Origin: Gaiellaceae bacterium
GTDB taxonomy: Bacteria; Actinomycetota; Thermoleophilia; Gaiellales; Gaiellaceae
Direction of reading: 5' to 3'
DNA: 39,527 nt
Assembly (NCBI GenBank): GCA_039914895.1
Contig: JBDSOJ010000244.1
Coordinates: forward strand, 1 to 39,527
A program made the translations under genes and the position numbers. The notes under the pieces are model-generated. The model was given only the letters and a program-made list of their open reading frames with translations. It had not been told where the DNA came from and made no database searches. Below, one piece after another: positions 33,031 to 39,527 of this stretch (the first letter of the stretch is position 1; each line of letters opens with the position of its first letter).

Positions 33031-36000
33031 GTGCCTGTGATCCCGCTGAAGACAGCGATCGCGTGCGCGGTGATCCTGCTCGTCCCGCTCCTCGCAGCCG
33101 AGGCATCCTCGAAGCCGTCGGCGGCGGCAGCCGGCGCGCTCACCGGATTCGTCACGCGTGAAGGCGCGCAGCTCGTCCTCGACGTGCAGCCCTACCGGTT
33201 CGCCGGGCTGAACGTCTACAACGCCAACAGTGCCGACAACTGCTGGTACGACATGGCGCACGGCTCGACGCTGGACGACTCGCTGACGGCGATCGGGCCG
33301 GGCAAGAACGCGATCCGTGCCTGGTTCTTCCAGTTCCTCGCGACCACCAACGGAGCGCGCGACTGGTCGGCCTTCGACCACACGCTGGCCGTGGCGCGCG
33401 CCAACGGCGTCAAGGTCGTCGCGACGCTTGCGAACCAGTGGGCAGACTGCGAGCCGGCCGCCGGCTACAAGAAGGACGCGTGGTACACCGACGGCTACAA
33501 GCAGCCCGACCCGGGCGGCACGGTCTCGTACCGCGACTGGGTTGGCGAGATCGCCGCGCGCTACCAAAACGATCCCACGATCCTCGCCTGGCAGCTCGTC
33601 AACGAGCCCGAGGTGAAGCCGGCCGTCGACGCGACGAGTTGCAGCTCAAACGCGACTGCGATCCTGAAGTCGTTCGCCGCCGACGTCTCCGGCGTGATCA
33701 AGTCAGCCGACCCAAACCACCTCGTCAGCCTGGGGACGATCGGCAGCGGCCAGTGCGGCGCGCAGGGGGACGACTACCAGGACGTCATGAGCGTGCCGAC
33801 GCTCGACCTCTGCGAGTACCACGACTACCAGTACGACGCGCCGATCCCCGGCGACCAGTGGAACGGCCTGCAGCGCCGGCTCGACCAATGCAACGCGCTC
33901 CAAAAGCCCCTGGTGGTGGGCGAGCTCGGGATCAGACCGAGTGACGTAGGCGGTTCCCTCCGCGATCGTGCGAACGCCCTCGAGGCGAAGCTCTGCGCGC
34001 AGTTCGGGGTGGGCATCGCAGGCGTACTCGTGTGGAACTGGCGGAAGGACGGTTCGACACTCGACAATTACGACGTCGGCGCCGCGGATCCCGTGCTCGC
34101 GTCGCTCGCGCCGTGGTCGGATCTCGGGCACGCGTGCGCGCCGACCGCCACCACGATCACGGCTCTCCCGCCACAGCCAACGGAAGTCGAGCTGAACGCC
34201 GCGACGCAACGGATCTACGCGGTGCATTTCAACGAAGCCACGCTCTCGGTCGTCGACGCGACGGACGGCGCCCTGCTAAACACAATCGCGCTCGGGGCGA
34301 GCCCGTACGACGTGGCCGTGAACGAGAGCACGAACCGCGTCTACGTCGCCAACCGGTACGCCGACTCGGTCAGCGTGATCGACGGGGCGACGAACGAGAT
34401 CCTCGCGACGATCCGCATCACCAGTCCAAGCTCGAACGCCTGCCGATGCAACCAGCCCGTCGCCCTGGCCGTCGACGAGCGGCGAAACCTCGTGTACGTC
34501 GCGAACGTGACGGGCTACACCGTCAGCGTCATCGACGGCAGCTCGAACGAGGTCGTCGGCACGGTCGAGCTCGGCTTCAACACGCAGCCCGACGGGGTCG
34601 CGGTCGATTCGGCGCGGAACCGCGTCTACGTGGCCGAGGGCAACAACAGCAAGATCGCGGTGATCGACGGCGCCTCACGAACGGTCGCCGCCGAGATTCC
34701 CGTCGGCCTGTACCCCGCGGGAGTCGCGGTCGATTCTAAAGCGAACCGGATCTACGTGGCCAACTACGGCAGCAACACGATCTCGATCCTCGACGGGCTG
34801 ACGAACTCCAACATCGGGTCGATACCCGCGGGTACGGGCCCGCGCAACCTCGCGGTCGTCCCGGCCACCAACCGCCTCTACGTGCCCCACACACAGCAGA
34901 GCTTCCTGACGATCGTCGACACCCGGAGCGGGGACGCGGTGGCGAACGTCCCAGTGCCGGGAGGGCCCTATGGGATCGCAGCTGATCCGGCCTTGGGGCG
35001 CGTCTTCCTCACACAGGTGTATGCCCACACGCTCGCCCTCGTCCCGGACGAGTCTCCGCCGCTCGATGTCGACCCGCCGACGGTCTCGTGTGGATCCGCG
35101 GACGGCAATTGGCACACGGACGACGTCTCGATCGCGTGCACCGCGAGCGACGACATCTCCGGCCTCCGCGACCCAGCGGATGCGAGCTTCTCGCTCTCGA
35201 CGGGCGTCCCGGACGGAATGGAGACGGCGGATGCCATCACGGGAACGCGAGACGTCTGCGACGTCGCCGGCAACTGCGCCACCGCCGCGCCGATCGGCGG
35301 CAACAGAGTAGACAAGAAAGCACCCGGCGTGACGTGCGGCTCGCCGGACGGGATCTGGCACCCGGTGAATGTCACGATCGGCTGTGCGGCGACGGACGGC
35401 GGCGCCGGACTCGCGTCTACCGGCGACGCCTCGTTCACGCTCGTCACGGCCGTCTCCGTCGGGGCCGAGACGGCGGCCGCCCCGACGAACAATCGCATTG
35501 TCTGCGACGGCGTCGCTCGGTGCATGACGGCCGGGCCGATCGGCGGAAACAAGATCGACAGGAAGGCGCCGTCGATCACCGTCACCGCTCCGCCTGAGGG
35601 TGCGGTCTATCTCCTCAACCAGCCGGCGCCGGCGAGCTATTTGTGCACCGACGGAGGCTCCGGGGTGCGCACGTGTGCGGGCACCGCCGCGAACGACTCC
35701 AACCTCTCGACGTCGAGCGGTGGCGCGAAGACATTCGGCGTCTCTGCGAGCGACAATGTGGGGAACATGGCTCCCTCTGTCATACGCGACTATGGCGTCC
35801 GCTTCACGTTCAAGGGATTTTTCTATCCGCAGAACCAGCCGGTGCTGAACGTCGTCCAGATAGGCCGGACGGTACCCGTCCGGTTCGATCTGCTCGATTA
35901 CTTTGGCGTCACTGCCAACAAGACGCTCGGGCTGGGGATCTTTGTGCCCGGCTCACCGTCGTCAGTGCGGATTACGTGCCCTTCGGCGTCGACGTTCAAC

Positions 36001-36159
36001 GTGACGCAGACGACCGCGGCTGGCCTCCGCTACGACCTTGCGAACAACCGGTACGAGTGGGGCTTCGCCACGAGCTCGGCGTGGGCCGGGACGTGCCGAC
36101 AGCTCACGCTCAAGTTCAGGGACGGCACGAGTCAGAAGCTCAACTTTCGCTTCAAGTAG
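33031..36159 (+). CDS. Secreted multidomain protein: GH5-type glycoside hydrolase plus YVTN beta-propeller repeats plus repeated Ig/HYR-like modules plus a C-terminal beta-sandwich-like domain
   Basis: A signal-peptide-like N-terminus is followed by GH5 hallmarks: WQLVNEPE (acid/base) and VVGELGI (nucleophile). There are about seven repeats of the type RVYVAN..S.TVSVIDG.TN.V. Three repeated modules begin D(K/R)KAP.(V/I)(T/S)C. The ORF is intact at 1042 aa. Confidence 0.8.
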   Translation: MPVIPLKTAIACAVILLVPLLAAEASSKPSAAAAGALTGFVTREGAQLVLDVQPYRFAGLNVYNANSADNCWYDMAHGSTLDDSLTAIGPGKNAIRAWFFQFLATTNGARDWSAFDHTLAVARANGVKVVATLANQWADCEPAAGYKKDAWYTDGYKQPDPGGTVSYRDWVGEIAARYQNDPTILAWQLVNEPEVKPAVDATSCSSNATAILKSFAADVSGVIKSADPNHLVSLGTIGSGQCGAQGDDYQDVMSVPTLDLCEYHDYQYDAPIPGDQWNGLQRRLDQCNALQKPLVVGELGIRPSDVGGSLRDRANALEAKLCAQFGVGIAGVLVWNWRKDGSTLDNYDVGAADPVLASLAPWSDLGHACAPTATTITALPPQPTEVELNAATQRIYAVHFNEATLSVVDATDGALLNTIALGASPYDVAVNESTNRVYVANRYADSVSVIDGATNEILATIRITSPSSNACRCNQPVALAVDERRNLVYVANVTGYTVSVIDGSSNEVVGTVELGFNTQPDGVAVDSARNRVYVAEGNNSKIAVIDGASRTVAAEIPVGLYPAGVAVDSKANRIYVANYGSNTISILDGLTNSNIGSIPAGTGPRNLAVVPATNRLYVPHTQQSFLTIVDTRSGDAVANVPVPGGPYGIAADPALGRVFLTQVYAHTLALVPDESPPLDVDPPTVSCGSADGNWHTDDVSIACTASDDISGLRDPADASFSLSTGVPDGMETADAITGTRDVCDVAGNCATAAPIGGNRVDKKAPGVTCGSPDGIWHPVNVTIGCAATDGGAGLASTGDASFTLVTAVSVGAETAAAPTNNRIVCDGVARCMTAGPIGGNKIDRKAPSITVTAPPEGAVYLLNQPAPASYLCTDGGSGVRTCAGTAANDSNLSTSSGGAKTFGVSASDNVGNMAPSVIRDYGVRFTFKGFFYPQNQPVLNVVQIGRTVPVRFDLLDYFGVTANKTLGLGIFVPGSPSSVRITCPSASTFNVTQTTAAGLRYDLANNRYEWGFATSSAWAGTCRQLTLKFRDGTSQKLNFRFK

Positions 36160-36350
36160 CCTTCTGTTCCGGCACCCGCCTAGACGGAATCGCGCCTCTC
36201 GCGACGGTGCGGTAGCGATCACAGCGCGTACCCTCATGGAGCGCCCGTTCGAGCGTTACGGTCGCGGTTTCGGCGTCGGGATGGGTCGTCTCGAGCCAGG
36301 TTCGGCGGCAGTGTCTGGAATGCCACGTCGGACCGCGATAGCGTTGATCC

Positions 36351-38862
36351 ATGATGGTTTGCCCTGCTTGCGGCCAGGAGAACCCGGATGGCTTCCGGCT
36401 GTGTGGCATGTGCGGGACCTCTCTGCTCGCCAAGACCGGGCAGGAGCAGGAGGAACGGAAGTTCGTGACGATCCTGTTCACCGACCTCGTCGGCTTCACG
36501 AGCCGCTCGGAGCGACTCGACCCCGAAGACGTTCGCGCGACGCTTGCGCCGTACTACGCCCGCCTGCGCGAGCAGATCGAGCAGCGGGGCGGCACCGTCG
36601 AGAAGTTCATAGGCGACGCGGTGATGGCGGTGTTCGGCGCGCCGATCGCGCACGAAGACGATCCGGAGCGCGCGGTCCGCACGGCGCTCGCGATTCGGGA
36701 GGCGATCCGCGAGCTGAACGAACAGAACTTGGCGCTCGAGCTCCAGATCCGCACGGCCGTCAACAGCGGCGAGGCGCTCGTTGCGCTCCAGGCGCGCACG
36801 TCGACCGGCGAGGGAATCGCTTCCGGCGACGTCGTCAACACCACCGCGCGTCTGCAGACCGCCGCGCCGGTTGACGGCATCCTGGTCGGCGAGGCGACCT
36901 ACCGGGCGACGAGTCACATGATCGACTACCGCGAAGCCGAGCCGGTGATCGCGAAGGGAAAGGCACAGCCGATTCCCGTGTGGGAAGTCCTCGGCGCATG
37001 TTCGCGCCTGGGCGTCGACGTCGACCAGCGCGCGGCGTCATCACTGGTCGGTCGCGATCGCGAGCTCGGGTTCCTCACGGATGCGTTCTCGCGCTGCCGC
37101 ACTGAGCAGACTGTGCAGCTCGTGACGCTGGTCGGCGTACCCGGGATCGGCAAGAGCCGTCTTGTCTCGGAGTTCTCCCGGGTGATCGACGCCGATCCGG
37201 AGATCTTCTGACGGCGCCAGGGGCGCTCGCTCCCGTACGGCGAGACGCAGAGCTTCTGGGCGCTGGGCGAGATCGTCAAGGCGCAGGCCGGCATCCTCGA
37301 AACAAATCCCGCGGAGACCGTCGAGCGCAAGCTCCAGGAGATGCTTGCCGAGTTGTTTGACGAAGACGACGAGCGTCCGTGGATCGAGCGGCACCTGCGA
37401 CCGCTCGTCGGTGCGTTCGTCGATAGCGACGCGACGAGGGATCGCCGCGACGAGGCTTTCGCCGTCTGGCGCCGCCTGTTCGAAGCGCTTGCCGAGCGGC
37501 GTCCGCTGGTGCTCGTCTTCGAGGACGCGCACTGGGCTGACGAGGGCCTCCTCGACTTCGTCGACAACCTCGCCGATCGCGCGACTGCGGTGCCGCTGCT
37601 GATCGTCGTCACCGCGCGACCGGAGCTACTCGGGAGGCGGCCCGGATGGGGCGGCGGCAAGCGGAATGCCTCGACGGTCTCGCTCGCCTCGCTCTCGCAC
37701 GAGGAGACGGCGCAGCTGCTCGGCTCCCTGCTCGAGCAGATCCTCTTGCCGGCCGAGGTGCAGTCAGAGGTGCTGAGCCGGGCCGAGGGCAACCCGCTCT
37801 ACGCCGAGCAATACGTGCGGATGCTCCAGGAGCGGCAGCTGCTCGTGCGCGGGCCGGGCGGCTGGCAGCTCGAGCAGCGTGGTGACCTGCCGCTGCCCGA
37901 GACCGTGCAGGGGATGATCGCGGCACGGCTCGATGCGCTCTCCGCGGAGGAAAAGGAGCTGCTGCAGAACGCGGCCGTCGTCGGCAAGGTGTTCTGGCGC
38001 GCGGCGCTCGTGGGTATCGGCAGTCGTATCGCCCGCGAGCTCGAGGAACCGCTGCATACGCTCGAGCGGAAGGAGTTCATCCGTCGCGACCGCCGGTCGT
38101 CGCCGGTGAGACGCAGTACGCCTTTTTGCACCTGCTCGTGCGCGATGTCGCCTACGGCCAGATCCCGCTCGTCGCGCGGAGAAGCACCGGCGTGCGGCTG
38201 AGTGGATCGAGTCGCTTGCACCGGATCGCAGTGACGACCGCGCCGAGATGCTCGCCCATCACTACCGAGAAGCACTTGCCTTCGCCGAGGCGGCGGGGAT
38301 CGACGCAGACGCGATCCGCGGTCCGGCACGCGCGGCGCTGACGGCCGCCTCCGAGCGTGCTCAGGCGCTCCATGCCTGGATCGCGGCCCGCAGCCATACA
38401 CAGGCCGCGCTCGCGCTGACGCCCGAGGGAGATCCGACAGTGCCGTGGCTTCAGCTGCGGCTCGCGCGGGCCGCCTGGTACGAGGGAGATCTCGAGACCG
38501 AGCTCGTGGTCGCCGCCCGGGATGCCTTCGTCGCCCGGGGCGATCGTGTTGCTGCCGCGGAAGCGGAGGCTTTCTACTCGCTCGTGCTCTGGTACCGCGG
38601 AGAGGGAGCGGCTGCGAGGTCACAGGCCCGTCGTTCACTAGCTCGACCTCCATCTGCGCACGACTGCCGTCACCCCGCCCAAGCCGCCGACGCAAGCAGA
38701 CCGGGACTACTGGCTCGAGCGGTTCACCCTGAAGGAGATGAGGCGGTGGCCGCGTGCATGTCGCCCAAACAGCTAAGCCTTAGAATCCCCGCCAGCATTT
38801 GTCCCGTAGCACCTCGCATACGCTTGCGCTGCGTTGGGATCCATAACCCCCGCGTGGACTAG
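36351..38862 (+). pseudogene. Zinc-ribbon plus class III adenylate/guanylate cyclase plus AAA/STAND ATPase plus TPR-like regulator, disrupted by an in-frame TGA and at least 2 frameshifts
   Basis: The protein has CPACGQENPDGFRLCGMCG, then FTDLVGFT and GDAVMAVFG (cyclase), then the P-loop GVPGIGKS. A TGA at 37209-37211 is followed in the same frame by RRQGRSLPYGETQSFWALGEIVKAQAGILE. The frame changes near 38100 and 38175 (VAGETQYAFLHLLVRDVAYGQIP, then AEKHRRAAEWIESLAPDRSDDRAEMLAHHYREAL). Confidence 0.7.
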
Positions 38863-39135
38863 CCGCGCCTGACAGAACTTGCAGGTGACCCTCGGCGCCA
38901 CCTCTTCCGGCGTCCCCTCGGTCAGACTCTCAGCGTTGGTCCAAGGCCCAGTCATGCAGAGGGCTTTATTGTCGCCGCTCGGAATCGCGTGGGATCCGCT
39001 GTTCTGCGGCTGCATGACGATCATGCGCTCAGCCAGCTTGTAGCGGTAGCGCTTCCATTCGTCGGGAGCGTCCGCGTACAAGAGGCCCGGCGGAGCGTCG
39101 ATTGACTTCGGGAGCCAGATGTAACTCCATTCCAT
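38773..39135 (-). CDS. Hypothetical protein (120 aa)
   Basis: This is an intact ATG-started ORF with lower GC than its surroundings. I recognise no family, and the only notable motif is a CKFC pair. Confidence 0.4.
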   Translation of the reverse strand: MEWSYIWLPKSIDAPPGLLYADAPDEWKRYRYKLAERMIVMQPQNSGSHAIPSGDNKALCMTGPWTNAESLTEGTPEEVAPRVTCKFCQARLVHAGVMDPNAAQAYARCYGTNAGGDSKA

Positions 39136-39402
39136 GATCAGCCTCCAGCGTCGCTGCCGATTTCAACATCTTCCCACGACCCCCCGAGCTCGCGCACGAT
39201 CGGCGGGACGATCCGTCGCGCCGGCCGAAGATGTGCCCGATAGGAAGCTGCGGAACTTCGAAGACTGAGGCGCTAGTACGGACGAAGCGCACGGGCCGGA
39301 AGAGATGCCGAAGGCTGACTAAAAGCTGACTATCTCGCCGTGCAACTTGGCGTGGACGCCCCAAGGCAAACAAAAAACCTGCCTTAGCGGGGCTTCTGAG
39401 AG

Positions 39403-39476
39403 AGCGGATGATGGGACTCGAACCCACGACCTTCTGCATGGCAAGCAGACGCTCTAGCCAACTGAGCTACATCCGC
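39403..39476 (-). tRNA. tRNA-Gly (anticodon GCC)
   Basis: The reverse complement is GCGGATGTAGCTCAGTTGGCTAGAGCGTCTGCTTGCCATGCAGAAGGTCGTGGGTTCGAGTCCCATCATCCGCT. It folds as a canonical cloverleaf: acceptor GCGGATG/CATCCGC, D-arm GCTC/GAGC, anticodon stem TCTGC/GCAGA with loop TTGCCAT, and T-arm GTGGG/CCCAT. The discriminator is U, and CCA is not encoded. Confidence 0.92.
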
Positions 39477-39527
39477 GTGGTCGGCAAGTATAGCGGCGGT
39501 CAGCCGGCGGCTTCGGCGTCGAGCGCC

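Larger units (their letters stand above)
31646..39445. mobile_element. Possible third island remnant between tRNA-Gly 3' copy 3 and the intact tRNA; no recombinase
   Basis: It is flanked by the direct tRNA-3' repeat. CTGACTA doublets lie near both ends (31792-31815 and 39314-39332). Its cargo is a mix of intact genes and pseudogenes. Confidence 0.3.

Noticed and set aside
37209-37211. The in-frame TGA as selenocysteine or Trp recoding
   Set aside because: TGA is used as the ordinary stop by most genes in the window, including the many GTGA overlaps. I see no SECIS-like hairpin directly downstream, and the same gene has two further frameshifts.
1-39527. CRISPR arrays, rRNA genes or large tandem repeat arrays
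   Set aside because: No regularly spaced repeats of 25-40 nt with unique spacers were seen. The only periodic elements are 3-4 copies of 7-nt words (379-405, 24814-24855) and one 12-nt duplication. Nothing resembles rRNA.

Overview
This is a high-GC window with very GC3-rich, actinobacterial-type codon usage. Its core is a co-directional minus-strand operon of about 24 kb (844-24786) encoding a phage-tail-like contractile injection system of the eCIS/Afp/PVC type. The operon encodes a sheath, a gp19-type tube, a DUF4255 cap, an AAA+ assembly ATPase, a tube-initiator-like protein, a LysM-like protein, a gpD-like hub, a gp5-like spike and a PAAR-like tip. It also encodes a gp25-like protein, two baseplate-J paralogs, a P2 gpI-like protein and a DUF6519/beta-helix fibre-like protein. 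One obvious cargo gene is embedded in it: a DUF4157 metallopeptidase-like region fused to a C-terminal domain of about 400 aa that I cannot assign. A SARP-family regulator lies directly upstream. No capsid, portal or terminase genes are visible. The locus sits in what looks like a tandem array of three integrative-element remnants stacked on a tRNA-Gly(GCC) gene. The intact tRNA is at 39403-39476, and copies of its 3' end (42-44 nt) start at 324, 26638 and 31646. The two right-hand islands are heavily pseudogenised: a degenerate integrase, a UvrD fragment, a frameshifted PD-(D/E)xK nuclease, a frameshifted Abi_C protein, a frameshifted alpha/beta hydrolase, and a cyclase-STAND gene with an in-frame TGA plus frameshifts. 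The injection-system operon, by contrast, is intact and tightly translationally coupled. Many long ORFs in the supplied track, on the opposite strand or in alternative frames, are GC-driven artefacts. Several real genes start well inside the listed ORFs, typically at a GTG overlapping the preceding stop codon.
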